64,000 bases of DNA from Podarcis melisellensis (taxonomy: Eukaryota): assembly GCA_964234715.1 (NCBI GenBank), contig OZ174275.1, one strand, 5' to 3'. Below, in pieces: positions 38,380-52,300 of this stretch; within the stretch, counting starts at the first letter, position 1; the number at the start of each line of letters is the position of its first letter. The position numbers and the translations under genes are program-made. The notes under the pieces were generated by a model, which was not told the DNA's origin, made no database searches, and worked only from the letters and a program-made list of their open reading frames with translations.

Positions 38380-39480
38380 TCGACCAAGAGCCTTCAAGCC
38401 CAAGTGGGAAGTTTCTTCGCCTTCACGCCTTCCTCCACAACCCAGCCGCACCAACCCCTCTGCCACTTCAGCTTCCTCGCTCCCCACTTCGCAAGAAACT
38501 CCGTCCCCAACTTTAATGCCTTTTTTTGATCTGCAAACCTTCACGCACCAAACAGCCGTCGCTTTGCGAGGTGGGGAAGGGGGGGGGGAATCCGCAAGAG
38601 CCGGGATGCGCCTTATTGATTGTGTGCAGTGCGCGCACAATGGAGGCAAGGAAGGAAGCTGCGCGCACACACACACACACAAAAATAAAGACAACGAAGG
38701 AGCGCCCATCCACGCCACAATCTACCCCGCTTCCATTTTGCCAAGTTCCCCTCACCCCTTTCTCGCCTTGCACCCCACCCCCCAGCTCTACACACGCGGC
38801 TTTTGTTCCCCTGCCGTCTCCTGCTGAGCCTCACGGTTCCTTTACCTGGAGCGCTTCGACTAGGATGTTTCGCCTCGCCGCTTTTCCTGCGCCCGCTCTC
38901 CGTCTTCGGCTCCAGCCGCTGCAGCACCTTGCGCGACTGATAAGCGAGCCCTCCTCTTCCCCCTTCTCCTCCTCCTCCTCCTCCCTCCTCCTCCCCAGCC
39001 GAGCTTGTTGCAGGCTGGCGGGCAGCCTCTGGTTTAGTCCGTCGCCACAGCAACCCCCGGCGAGAGGCGCGCGCGAGAGGAGCAGCGCCCGCGCTGATTG
39101 GGTAGCTGCGACATATATGCAAAAGAGACGAAAGGGGCCGGGCCTGGGAAGGAGCTTCTTCGCCGGGGCGTGTCGTAGGCGAGCGTGAGGGATGCACCTG
39201 CTGGGATCCCACGGAGCTGCTGTTCCAGAGGGCGAAGCGGGTGCTTCCAAGGCAAGGGGAGGGCAAGGTTGCCCGAAAGGGGCTTCTCTGAGCCAAATGC
39301 TCGTTTCACTCCCAACGCATTTCCCCCCCGTGGAAGCAGGTTTATGTCCACGGAGATAACGCCAGACAAAAGATTTAGGGAGATCTTATCTCGCGCAGAG
39401 AATGCCATTCTTGACTATTTCCAGAGGAGGGGCTGTGTTGGTCTGCTGCAGCGGGGAACGAGGAACAAGTCTCGTGGCAC
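38380..39480. promoter_or_regulatory. CpG island promoter of an unidentified minus-strand gene
   Basis: Dense CpG and GC-rich against CpG-poor flanks; X-box match at 39041-39054; CTGATTGG (CCAAT) at 39094-39101; boundaries approximate. Confidence 0.85.
38846..39080 (-). other. Putative non-coding exon 1 (TSS approximate)
   Basis: Minus-strand donor TCCAG|gtaaag (exon ends 38846) inside the CpG island; no ATG on the minus strand between the CCAAT box and the donor. Confidence 0.55.
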
Positions 39481-39984
39481 CTCAGAGACTTCAACAAATT
39501 GACGGTGGCAAGGGGATAAGTATTCATGGGTTACAGAAAATGGTCCACAAAAAGCTTGTGCCAACGCCAGAATAAATTTGTGAGTCTTTTAAGGTGCCAC
39601 AAGACTCTCTGTTATGATTCTCAAAGTTGAAGGTGCTACCACTGCTGTTTATGAATGCTTTTGGGACTTGGGAGTCCCAAAGGGCCAAGGTCATCTGGGA
39701 TTTTCATGAGGGACCGAATGAGCTGACATTCAGTGAAGAGAATTGCCAACAGGTTAGAGTTAGGTCAAGGTTTAGTCCGATTTTCCGTATCAGCTGAGCT
39801 TCCAGTTCTGCCAAAAAAAAACCAATATACCTGAATATAGCGTAATTATTATTACTATATTAAGTTTGTGTACTGCCATTCATCCAAAGATCACAGGGCG
39901 GTTCACAATAGGTTCATAATAGGCCATGGGGAGCAATGTAATCGCCAAATAGGGTACAAATTCTGACTAAACAAAAGATTCTGA

Positions 39985-40160
39985 CAAAGCTGTTTGACAG
40001 TGGCCTGGGCTACCTTGGAAGGTAGTAGCCTCTTCTTCATTGGAGGTTTTTAAATAGTGGTTGAATGGCCATCTGTCAGAGATTCTTTAGCTGTCATTTC
40101 TGCAGGGGGTTGAACTAGATGACCATTGGGGTTCCTTCCAACTCTAAAATTCTGATTCTT
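39985..40160 (+). mobile_element. CR1 LINE 3' end remnant
   Basis: TCATTGGAGGTTTTTAAA...GGGGGTTGAACTAGATGACC...CCTTCCAACTCTAAAATTCTGATTCT. Confidence 0.8.
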
Positions 40161-41399
40161 AGTGTCGTTATCGCCACAAAAAATCTGCACATGCAGCTCG
40201 TTGCATAGTCTTTTGACCGATCGTGACCCAAGTGTTGTTTCTCAATTGATAACACTATACTTTCTTTGACCCCGGGAGTAAAATGATACTGTGTTTTTAA
40301 AACATTGTATTTTATAATGCCTGATTTACTACGGGGCTGATCAAAAACAAGGCACTGTTGCCCAGTAAGAGGAATATTTTATTTATGCATCCATTCTACA
40401 CCATTTACAAGACTCGAGATGGATTAGTGTCAGAACAGCATGTGTTAAACACCTGTTGAAAACAGAATATATGTGTTTTTTTAATGGAGCAATGTGACTT
40501 GTCCAGTTTGCTGTCAGTGCAAAGGCAGTTATCACAACATCTAATCTATCCTTCATTTCTTTGAATATATATAAATACACCTAATTCTGTTTCCTGGAAG
40601 AAGAAAAACACCAGCAGTTTCTCAGTAAGCTTTGTGCATTTATTCACACAATAGCTGAGAAAGGATCTTTTGGGCTTGGAACCTACTGACATCAGTTTTG
40701 ACAGCCCACTGAGATATGTTAAAATAAGCTGCTGCCTGTGCTAACTTTGCTTTTCAGGGAGCCCTTTGTCACCACAGATCTCTAGTTACTGGAGGTCTGA
40801 ATTAAGGTGGGAAACGGGGTTTATTTGGAGGAAGTACCAGGAGCAAATGACTAGATGATGTCAGGATTCTGCTTATTCAGGGACAATAATCTACCTGTTT
40901 GTTTAAAGTGATGGTTCTCCATTGTAGGAACCTGTGACGTATAGGACTCTTTTGCTTCCCACACTTATCGAGATGAATTTTCCAAATGTGTTCTGTGGCC
41001 GTTTTGTCGCTTGAGGCATTGTGTGTAGATGAATGGCTGTTATTTGTTATTTCTCTAATTTGTATCCTTCAGAGGTTCACTCCTTCAACTGTAACAACAT
41101 TGCCCCAGCCAAGCAGTATTATCTTAAGGTGGGAGGTAGGATGGGATGTGATTCAACAAATTGTTTCAATTCATCAAAACTCCAGAATTGTACAATAAAT
41201 CTAAAATGGCCTCATGGGCCAGTTTGGACAGCAGGCTTATTCCCTTCCCTCACAGAATGTGTGCTAGTCCGAGGTGAATGCATTGGAGATGACAGAGCCT
41301 CTGCTCTGAACTTTCTTGGCCTCTGATGGGCTCCTTGGGTGACCTCTACACGAGGACCCTCAAATAAATCCTTATTATTGCTGCTGTTATTGTTGATAA

Positions 41400-42270
41400 T
41401 TTATGAATAACTTTTAACGTGTGCACCAAGATTATTTATGAACATCACAAAAAGAAGCTAAAAATGGTTTTTGAAAATAGAAAAAAATAATAATTGAACA
41501 CGAAATACAAAGTCAACATGGATGGCAGAGAGGCCTTTTCACCCAGCTGGAAAAACCTGTTGGAACAAAAATGTCTTCATTCCTTTCTGGAAAGTACAGA
41601 CAGTGGCACTTGTGTAATGCTATTTCACACCACAGGGGCAGCCACGTTGAAAGCCCTGCTCTGAGTTAATGTGGGATGTGTTTCTCATATTTTTGGAACT
41701 TGCAGGACCAGCTCTCCCAAAGACTGGGTGTTTAAAGGATAAGGTGGTCTCTCAAGCAGTCTGGGCCTGAGCTGTATAAGGGCTTAGATATCAGTACCAG
41801 AACCCTAAACTCGGCCTGGTAGGTGATTGACAGCCCATGCAAATTCTGCAAACAAGGTGTTATATGCTGGTGGTAGTTTGCCCCCACAGGCAGTGTAGCC
41901 ATCACCTTCTGCATTAGCTGCAGCCTCTGAACCAAGGGTAGCCCCACATAAAACACATTGCAGTAATTCAACAGTTGCATGGGCAGCTGTAGTGAAGCTA
42001 TCCCAGTCCAGGAGCAACCATAAAAGGCACTCCTAGCCACTAAGGACATCTGTACGTTCAGCAGCAAAGCTGGATGTAGGACCAACTCGAAACAATGTAC
42101 CTGATCTTTCAGGGAGTGGAACCCCATAAAGGACAGACAAGTTACTGATTTATTGGACCTGGGAACCTCTCACTCACAGAGCCTCCATCTTGCCAGGATT
42201 CAGACATGGTATATTACAGCTCATCTAGCCAACCGCTACACCCATACACTGGTCCAGGGCCTTCTCCAGA
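41400..42270 (-). mobile_element. Decayed L2-clade LINE fragment
   Basis: ORF 41732-42127 has LNYCNVFYVGLP...LQLMQ...HITPCLQNLHGL...FRVLVLISK...GPDCLRDHL, matching the L2 ORF2 C-terminal pattern. Confidence 0.85.
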
Positions 42271-44283
42271 TCATGTAATATTTGCCAATTACTCGTTCTT
42301 GCATTATTTTTACTCCAAACCCAAACAGGAAATCTGCCCTCCCTGATTCATACTAGGTTACAGGCAAATCTACGATTCTTAATTCACATTGATGATTTGT
42401 AACTTCAGAACTGGGAAAGTGATAAATTATTACTTCGAGTTAATGCAGAGTGAGAAAGGGGCACAATCTCATTTATCTTTTCATCTATATTCCACTCCTC
42501 TTTGGTTAGTCTCACTCTTTCTGGACTTGGGTGGCTTCTAAAAGTGTCACTAAAATAACAATGGCATCAATGCATCCTATCATATAAGGCTAGGCAACTG
42601 TAGCAGACAACCAAAAACTGGGTGACTAAGCAGCCCAAAAAATGCATATTGCTGCAGATCCGATGAAATAAGTTACAGACCAAATATGGTCATAGGTTCC
42701 TCACTGCTTCTTTAAGACAAGGACCAAGAAAGTAACTTTGACATTATAGTAAAAACTGCGTATTACAAACTGCATGTTAATAATAGGTCTCTGGCCTAAA
42801 TACAGCTTTCTCAAAAGATAGTCTTTCTGAAGCAGCAAACAGCATTTAATGGAAAAATGAGGTGACTTCAAAATTGTTTTGTGATATGATGGAACCTCAA
42901 CAGTGGTTTTCTTGCAAACAAATAACAGATAAAACATTGATTGCTTGGACAGAGATCTGTATATAGATTGTTTACAATGATATCTATTCTCTCACAGGGG
43001 ACCACTCATTAAGATTAAATTTAGAATCCCACTCAAATCAATTAACATTTTCAACATTTAAATGGTGTGCATGAATAGAGCCCCAAAATACATACATTAA
43101 ACGATGGAAATATGGTTGGAATTCTGTACTGGGAGGTTTGTAGAGCTCAAAAGCCAATGTGTTTGTACTTAAACGTAAGTAAACCAACCCTGACCCAGCC
43201 CTCTGGCTGGTAGCAGAAAGCTGTTTTCAGCCATTTAAAGAGGTATCTTACAGGAGCAGAATCCCAAGATAAAATGGTAGTAGAGACCACACAGCCCTGG
43301 AGAGAAGTAGAACCATGTTTATGCTGATGATAAATAGTCTTGTATGGCGAACTCCACTGACACTTAGATACTTTTAATCAGCCATTGAAAATGGGGGTTA
43401 AAAATGGAAATCCTATTATCTAGGAAACTGCATATTACAAAGGGGGAGTTCATAATCTAGTTCAATGGTGGTAAGTGGCAGAGGCCATTAGCATGACAAT
43501 GAATGGACTTTTGGTGAGACAGCTCTATAATTCACCAGCTATTTAACACAGGCCAGGGGGTTCATTTCTTTAGAGGAAATGCATTATGCAGGACACCTTT
43601 GTGAACATCTCCCTGTGATAAAAAGATGCTATAATGAGGATAATTATGAAGAGTTGGGTATAGAGCACTGCACTGCAGTAAAAATTCATAAAGCAAGGAA
43701 GTCCAGTGCAAAAGGTATGGCACACAGTATGGAGACAGAGAGAGCCTCGAGGACATAGTCAGGAGCAGCTCCTGAAATGTTTTCACATGTCCTAGAAGCA
43801 GGAAAACTCTAGGCTCTTCAAAGCTGTTTCCAAGCTGCTCTTGGAACACATTGGTGCACTGTTTTTAATGAGCATTGCTGATTCACTCTGTGCCTAGAAT
43901 ATGAAGTGGTGGGGAATAAGTCCATTATATAGGAGAAAGCCCGAAGTTTGACACAGTTCCACTTTAAGGTGGTAACTAAGCTACGGATTTGCTGGAGATA
44001 AAAAGCTACCCTCTCTCAATAGGTATACAATTTAGAAGGAAATATTTCATTGTTCTGATGCATTAGCCCTGTACTGCCAGTGTCATCATATCACTGCCAC
44101 ACCTCTGTTTCATGACATTAGCTGCGGTGATGTCCCAATGTAGCAACAAACGTTATGCATCAAATCTTGAACTTGGGTGGAATCTACACACATAAAAAAT
44201 GTTCTGAAAATGCTTTTTTAAAAAGCATTTTAAAAATACATTGAATTTTCCATAAGGCTCACCATCTATTGTCACATTGTATA

Positions 44284-44537
44284 CAGTCATACCTCGGGTT
44301 GAAGTAGCTTTTTAATGAATATTTTCGGGTTGTGCTCCACGGCGACCCAGAAGTAACAGAATGCATTACTTCTGGGTTTCGCTGCTCGTGCATGTGCAGA
44401 TGCTGAAAATGAGGTCATGTGCATGCGCAGAAGCAGCGAAACACGACCTGTGCACACATGCAGTCGCGTCTTACGTTTACTTCAGGATGCGAACAGGGCT
44501 CCGGAACGGATCCTGTTTGTATCCAGAGGTACCACTG
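44284..44537. mobile_element. Tc1/mariner MITE, related family B
   Basis: TA-CAGTCATACCTCGGGTT ... GAGGTACCACTG-TA; interior differs from family A. Confidence 0.75.
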
Positions 44538-45955
44538 TATTGCACTTAGAACACACTTAAAACCTTTTATTTGCAGCTGTATAACTGAGTCCTTGATCTT
44601 GTCTTGGTCTGTTAAAAAGGGACTTATTTGTAACAATTTACTATCCTTTAATAATACAAAGAAAAGAACATTGATGGTAGAGAGGTGTATTTCCCAGCCA
44701 CTCTGTTAGAGGTGAGAAATCATGTTTAGAATCCAATTTGTCTCCATGAGCTTATCTGTAAATTCCTTAAAGATTCTACAGTGGCACCAGAGAGACTGTA
44801 GGTTAACAGGGGTAGCTACCCAACTATACAATACAGAGAACAGACCTCCTAAAATCAATAGACTACAATAACTCAAATAAGTAGTGGGTCTACTCTGAGC
44901 ATGTTGAGCACTGCATAAAGCAACAGCACATGGAACCTATCAATAAGATTCAGTAGATCAGCTAGCCCTAGAAAAGTTCTAAATGAGGGAAGAGACTATA
45001 GCTTATGCCATGCAAAATGCCTGGTAGCTGAAATTCTGGCTGTCTTTGTAATGCTTGAGAAATGCTTCTGGTCACGGGAGTCTAGGCCTATAATTTAAAA
45101 TGCAATCAGAGGCAGGATCTCATAAGGATTCCTCCATTAGTTTCTCAAACTATTTAATACCGCTTCTCTCAGACAAACTAACCTACAGTAATAATAATGC
45201 TAATTCATTAAAACAGAAAAGTAAATTTCATAGCACATCTAAAGAAGATAAAACATGTACAAACTGGTTAATCAGAAGACTCAAAGCAGAATGGGTTTGG
45301 GATGATATTGTAAGTCAAGCATGGGGAAACTCAGTCAGGGGGCAAGCCAAATGCAGCTCTCTATTGGGCTCTTTGCACTCTGCCTAGGCTACACCCCTTC
45401 TCTGCAGGCCACACCCCCCACACTGGCTCTGCTTTGCATCTGAATGCTTTTGCCTGGCTGGAATGACCTCTTGAACTCTGATGATTGCTCTTGCTTCTCT
45501 AGATGCAAGATAGAGATGGGTGCTTTAGCTTACTGTGCAGTGCTAAAGCTGGCATTGGTCGCCTCACACACTTTTGCATCTGGCTCCACACACCAGTGGC
45601 ATCTGACCCTTGGAAGGCTACCTAGAAAAGGAATATGGACCTCAAGCTGAAAAAAATGCTCTAAGTCATAAGGGGACTGAAGCTTCTCTCTGTTGACCCT
45701 TGCTTCCTCCCAGAGCTCCGAGGTTCTATTTCCTAGCCTATACATACACACAGCTAACTCCCCATGAAATTAAATTCAAAATCCCACTTTTTTTTAAACA
45801 CTCCAACTGAGTTTCACAAATATTTAAAATGTGAATTGTAATGATTTCCAAGTCATCTGAATGGTAAAATTTAGATATTCTGGTTAGAGGTCAAAATCTG
45901 TAAAACAGGAATTTGATAACAGCTATATATATATATTGCATAAGTACAAACTCAT

Positions 45956-45961
45956 TTTATT
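45956..45961 (-). terminator. IQCB1: Probable IQCB1 polyadenylation signal AATAAA
   Basis: TTTATT on plus, about 116 nt past the stop codon. Confidence 0.6.
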
Positions 45962-46076
45962 AACTAATTTTTTTTGAAAAAATCAAATCATTTGGACAGC
46001 ATTGGATGGACTGTTTGCTTGGAATACTTTTTTTCACAGAAGATATAGTCCAGACTATAACCTTGTTCATTCCAGA

Positions 46077-46300
46077 TTATGTTTTGCTGCCACCAATGAA
46101 CAAAGTTCCCACTTCAGCACTCAGATCTTCTGAGATAACCTCTTCCTCTAAGAAGTCTTCTTCCAGCTTCTTCCACCATGGCCACCGTGTATATTTCAAC
46201 ATGGTGCTGTGGGATTGTTTGGCTTTGGCTACCACAGGAACTGATCTACTCATAAAGATATTCAGATCTTTCGTAGTGGATTCGGTTAGACTTGGAGCAC
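46077..46300 (-). CDS. IQCB1: IQCB1 coding exon 13 (terminal)
   Basis: tcacag| APSLTESTTKDLNIFMSRSVPVVAKAKQSH...WWKKL...FIGGSKT*. Confidence 0.95.
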
Positions 46301-49300
46301 CTGTGACAAAAGGAGCAAAAGAATCACAATTACTTTTTTTCTTAAAATACAAGGTTGATCATCTTGGGGCTATATTTCTTCCATTTTCCATTATTTTGAG
46401 TCTTCATGGGCCAGTACCAGTGGGTTTTCCCCTTTCATTTTTGTAACCTAATTCTTCTATTTATAATTCAGTGAACCCATCTTCTGGGCACTACAATTAA
46501 AAACCAAATCTCAAACATGCTGGGAAAGTACATGCCACATATAGCTCACAATGGCAAAGGGAAATAAAAGAAGAACCCCAGCATACTGAACTTCATTTTG
46601 TTTTGTTTTTTGATAAAGTAAGAGGGTTACTGCCCACACAGCAAGCAGAAGATTTCTGTAAAGTTTCCCAAAACACCTTTACACAAATACTCTCAGCATT
46701 AACATCTTAAAGGGGAACAAGACCAAAATTGCCATGGAATCAACAGGCTACATGGCTCATGAGTCACACAACCAAAGATTATCTCTGGATGAGTGCTGTG
46801 GTGTCTACTATTAGCATGAATCAGTCCCGACACTCACTTTCATCAACATTTACCACAATATGGGAAGAAAATCAGAGCCAGGCTAAAATAATGGTGATGA
46901 TGAGGTAGACACATACTCATTAGCTGGTCCACATCCGTGTGGACTTGGGCTAGCAATGCCTCCCTATGCTGCTCTGCTTTGCGATCCTGGCTTCTTTTCA
47001 ACAAATACTGGGCCAGCTTTTCCTGAGCTTGATGATGAAGTTCCCTGCTCATTTCTTGTGACATTTCAGAAGCCTGGAGAAAAATGATAGTGCCTGTCAC
47101 TGTTAGCGGTTATACGCTTCAAACCTTTGTGGATGTCTACAGCACAATATTTGCATTTCTTGGGTACTTGTAAATCTAATAACTGTGCTTCTTCCTGTGT
47201 TTCCCCCCTGAAGCCATCGATCTATCACTGAATAAATTTAGTTTCCTAATTAGGATTCAGGAAGAAGCAAATTCCTATTATTATATTAATGGGGGAAAGG
47301 GAGGGGGGGAAGCACCAAGCAACACCCAATACCTTGTTTCACAGACCAAATAAAGAGGGACCAGTATATTGCTGATATATTCAGAGTTTACGTTAGGTAA
47401 ACAGCATGGAACTCTAGGTAAAGGCTGTGTACTGACATTAACTTTTCAAGATTTGGCAAGTGATATTGTAGAGCCATCATTACCTCTACTACCCATCAAT
47501 TTCTCTCTCTACAGTCAGGGTCTCTTGTCAAAGTAGTTTCGTAGACTTAAAAAAAATGGTTTGTGGGGGAAAGCTAACAGCAAAACTGGTACTGCTGCAA
47601 CAGGTATGCACACAGGTCTCATATGCACCTCCTGGCTGCAGTTGCTTGCAGCAGCAGCAGCAGCAGCACCATTGACCAGCAACATATGAAAGCAATAGAA
47701 GCAGAATACTAAAAAAAATAAATCTGTAAACATATTGGCAGTCCTTGTGAAACAATAAAAAGCCCAGCTGCATTCCTGTTGACAATTATCTTCCTCAGGG
47801 CCCCCCAATTAAGGTTCTCCTATGAAGGTAATATTTCTCTGATCAGGAACACCTACTTTTTAAAGCTTTCCTTAAACACTTTAATATTAGTACCATAAAG
47901 GATGTGTGCATATATGTATGAGCACCCATGCAACCATTTGATAAGTGAAAAATGTTCTGTCATTTATGGAAATGAAACAGACTCACTAGTTCATGAGTTT
48001 GTGTGGAATTAAAAAAGCAGTTGCAGTTAGGATAGGAGGCAACAGATTTCCCCCTCCCCACTGAGTTATTTCAGTTATCTAACTGCCAATGCTGTATTGT
48101 GGCTCCTGTCAAAGTAGTGATTAGGGGCAAAACATTCCTGTTGTTCTATGGATGTGGTTTTCAAACTGTGATCCTAGGTTACCCAGGTTCCTTGGAAGTT
48201 ACAGGGTCCTTCAGTGAGGAGACAAAGATGTGGCACTGATGCTTCCCTAAAAGGCAGCTTTACCTGTCTTCACCATTACCAATCTTCTGTCATGCACAGC
48301 TCCAATGAGAGCTTTGCGCATTGTCAAGGCTAAACTAATGTCATGTGTGACCATGCCATGTGTAAACTGAAAGTGTGCCTAGACTCCCCGGCAACATGCA
48401 AGGTTCCCCAGCATGTCTGTAAGCATTCCTTGGCCAACAAACGAATGTGAAAAGGTGCCCTAGCCAAAGGAGGAATGGTGATGTACCGGGTGCAGTTTGA
48501 TATAGTCATTCACTTTTTGTTGCAATGATAGCCTCTGTTCATCAGAGAGGTGCTTGGGCTGTTTCAAGAGAGAATAAGCTTTCCTTTTCCTTTGCTTTTC
48601 CAAGAACTTGAGCACCTGTGGAAACAAAAGTATTCAAGTAACACAATATATTTATACAGTCAGAATTTTTACAGCAGGATAGTTTCTTGATGGTTAGCTT
48701 GGGAATCCATACACACACACATGATAATTCATGAACAAATAGTATCTTGTATTCCATTTAAACTAAAACTTTATTATAATATTCTTGTTTTATACAATAA
48801 AAAAACAATAAAACAAGAGTGACTCTAAATTCAGGGCTCTGTCAACATGGAAATGAATACAAACCTTTAAGCTCAGATCTGTTACTTGAGTATCTAGTCC
48901 AGCACCCTCCTTTCTGCTGAGTTACGATGAAAGCCAGACCATTGAGAAATATGCGTGTTTCTCCATTTGATTTTTTTTCTTCAGGCAGCTACAATTCGGC
49001 AAAGCTCAATTTAGCTGGAGAATGTGGTTCTGCAAGCGCAGCTTCAAATAAGAACTTGGTCTCCACAATGTCATCAAATTAAAGAATAATTTTATAAATT
49101 GGTAGGAAGGATTGGCCAGGGGGCGGTGGGGGGGGGTGATGAAGCCAGAAATGGTTTTCTAGGGTAATATTCAGCACTATGGTCTCAAGTCTTCAGCAGC
49201 TTCTTGTAACAGGTTTTTAAAAGGGTTGTTCAGATTTTTGCAAATTTTTGCTATTCTGAAGACCAATGCTCCAGCTTAATTTTGAGAGTAGATGCTTATA

Positions 49301-52300
49301 GTAGACTATACTGGAAGCTTTGAATTAAAACATGAATGTTAACTTTTTGGGTAAATTTTATGTCATGGCAGCACTTGGTTGCATACTCACCGCTCTCTGA
49401 ATGAGGACAGCTGCTTTATACTGCTTAAGAGACTTCTTTTGATGATGAAAATTTCTCCTTTCCCTAAATGCTCTCCAGTATCTTTGGATAGTTATGGCTG
49501 ACTTCTCCTCCATTTCATGCATATGCTTATCTACCTGACCTAGGAGATAAAGGAGGCAAATTTCTGAATATGTTTGGGTTTCATGGGAGACTCAAGACAA
49601 GCCAGCTGGTTTCAAAAAAAATTCAGCTCAAATAGCAGAAGCAGACCTTTTTCTAAACCAACATCCAGATATGTTTGAGGACGTTTTGGTAAGGATGGAG
49701 ATTTGTGGTCCAGCTGCTACACAGATGAGACCCAGTACCAAAGTCCAAGAGGAAATTATTCACATAGAGATCCTCTGGGGAAATTAAACTATTCACATTC
49801 AATGAGCAGCTCAGATCCAAGCATAGAATTGCATTCCTGACAAGGGGCCGCAATAGTCAATACTGAAAGAAATAGATAGAAGAAATTGCACAGGGAAACG
49901 AAGTGGATAGCTATCCTGCCCCAGGCTTTGATATTAAGGATGTTCCAGTACAGTTGCTACCTTCCAAAATGAAGGAAACAGAGAATGAGTGGGGGAGAAA
50001 GCACATAAACCTAAGGCAAAGAAATGATTCACACATTTACTGAATGCGAATCGAATTACATTCATTTCTCCCATCAACTTGTTCTAAGTATACATTATCA
50101 CTATCTCCCTATAAGTCCTAAAGGGACCCAAGGGAAAGATGCTGATACCCTTGAAAAAATACCTGGCCATTTAAGGAAATGGCATCTTGTGCCTCAAATA
50201 CTAAGTCTTAGGAAACAGAGTATGAATAGAAGTTTTCAACTAACAAGAAAGAATATGGGAAATTTGTTTCTGCATGGAAAACGCCCTTCATGCTACTATA
50301 ATAACCATACCTGGATGAACTATTTCCAGTAGCGTAAGCTGTCGTTCATGGAACAGCCTCATGGCTCTCTGTCTCCGAAGCTGCAATTGTTGGCGGAGGT
50401 CCTCCTCTTCTTTCTGCTTTTTTAAACCTTGCAACTCCTGTTTTCTTTTAGCTCTACAGCAACAAAGTTTTAGAAATTACAGGGGGCAGAGTGTTCTACA
50501 TTTAAACAGGTGTGCATTTATCCTGCAGATGGGAACATGTACCCCAATAGTCTGAAGATGCACATGTAGTGGTATGCACAAACATACTTTAAATCATGGC
50601 CTGGATGCTTAGTAGTGAAGCCTGAAATTCTGATTGGAACCAAAGATTGCGCCGAAATCTGGAAACCCATTACATGCGAAGTCTGCCCTCTACTGGATTT
50701 TCCAAACATGTGCCTGTTAAGATACCTTTTTAAAATGCATTTTATTATAGAGCAAACCCCTCTATACTTCTGCAATCAATTAGCTAATGTAGCACCAAGA
50801 AATTTGCATGCTGCTTAATATATTCTCACAACAACGTTTCTGGCCAACACAATATTATGAGAGGGAAAGAATGTAAGTATTAGGGAACTTCAAAAACCTA
50901 ATCTCTAGCACAGGTAGAGAAGTTACACAGATCAGCAAGCATGTTATTGGAGAAACTGCAAAAAGGGACGAGGGTCACAGTGACTTGTAGAGGCCACATG
51001 CAGGCACTGGGTGAGACCAGAAGAGAAAGCTGCCCCATGATCTGCCTTTGCAATCACCTCACCACTACTTTCTTTTTTCTTCTATAAGGGAAGAAAAGGG
51101 AAAGGAATGGGAGAACAGACAAGGGAGTGGGAGGAAGAAGGGCTCCATCACATAACTATCTGTTTGCATCCACAGGTTTGTAATAAACCAAAGGTCTTGC
51201 TTTACCTGAAATTTCTCTGCAAGATTGTTACTGCTTTTGGAAGCTGCTTTAATCTTTTTCGAGTTTGAAATCCTCTCCATGCTGCTTGGATTAAGCAAGC
51301 TGCTTGATGTAGCCTCTGAAATAAACAAGTCAGAGCAGTGCTTTTTATCTAAGAAAAAACAGGTGCCGGTACTCACCCTGGAGTTGTTACAGTAAGTACG
51401 ACACTTTTTAACAACAACAAAAAGAAGGTGGTACTGTGTACCCTTGAGTGTTCCCTGAAAAAAAGCACTAGGTCAGAGGATTATGCTCATTTCCCCATCG
51501 AGCACAGTGACAATATTAATACGACTTTAATGCTTTGCATCTCCCCCTTGCCCCATGTCAATTTAAACTATTCCTCGGTGGTGAGGTGGACAATGTCATA
51601 CTATTATTTGCCAGAACAATTCCTGTGTGAATTCAAACTGATCTGCCTCTTTCCAGGTAATACAATACCTCAACTTTACATGATCCAAATGAAAACAAGA
51701 ATTCATTTTTTAACAACCATTAGAAATGTTCTGAATATGAAAGCATTATCAGCCTGCCCAACAGAACAATCCATGCAATCATCTCAAGACAACATACAAT
51801 TTAAACAGCTAACAACTGCTTTAAAAACCACAAAACCACAGTTCAAGTCCTTTGAGAAAGGTTTGATGCCCTCCTCAACCACCAGTGTCCATTTTGCATT
51901 CTCAGAGTTGTCAAGTGACAACCTGAAAATCCCCCTGCACCTTAATATTCACGGATTAATTGGGAAAAGATCCATTTGCTTAGCTTTAGCTTATGTGCCA
52001 GCTGCACCTTTTCCTGGGCCATGCTGATCAGGCAAGTGTCACTCATGCCCTGCTCACATCGAGACTGCACTGCTGCAGAGGTTGTGGGGAAGAGTGTTTA
52101 GACACTGACAGGAACATAATTCAGCAGCCCAAGTGGTTTCTAGTGCTTGCTTTTCAGAACTTATTACACCAGCTCTTGTCCATTTGCACTGGCTTCAAAT
52201 TCATTTGAGAGCACAATTCAAAATGTTGCCTATTACCTCTAAAGAGCTAAACAGCTTAGGACCAGATTATCTGGCGTAATGCTTCCTCCCATATGAAGTT

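Noticed and set aside
38362-39502. Long overlapping ORFs (220 aa +, 227 aa -, and others) as protein genes
   Set aside because: Low-complexity products on both strands of a GC-rich CpG island, which is stop-poor; no recognisable domain
46006-46446. 146-aa plus-strand ORF
   Set aside because: Antisense shadow of the IQCB1 terminal exon
47648-47668. (GCA)7 as a coding poly-Q/poly-A tract
   Set aside because: Lies in an IQCB1 intron; the CDS is complete without it
51428-52027. 199-aa plus-strand ORF antisense in an IQCB1 intron
   Set aside because: GTG start, runs into an L2 remnant, no domain
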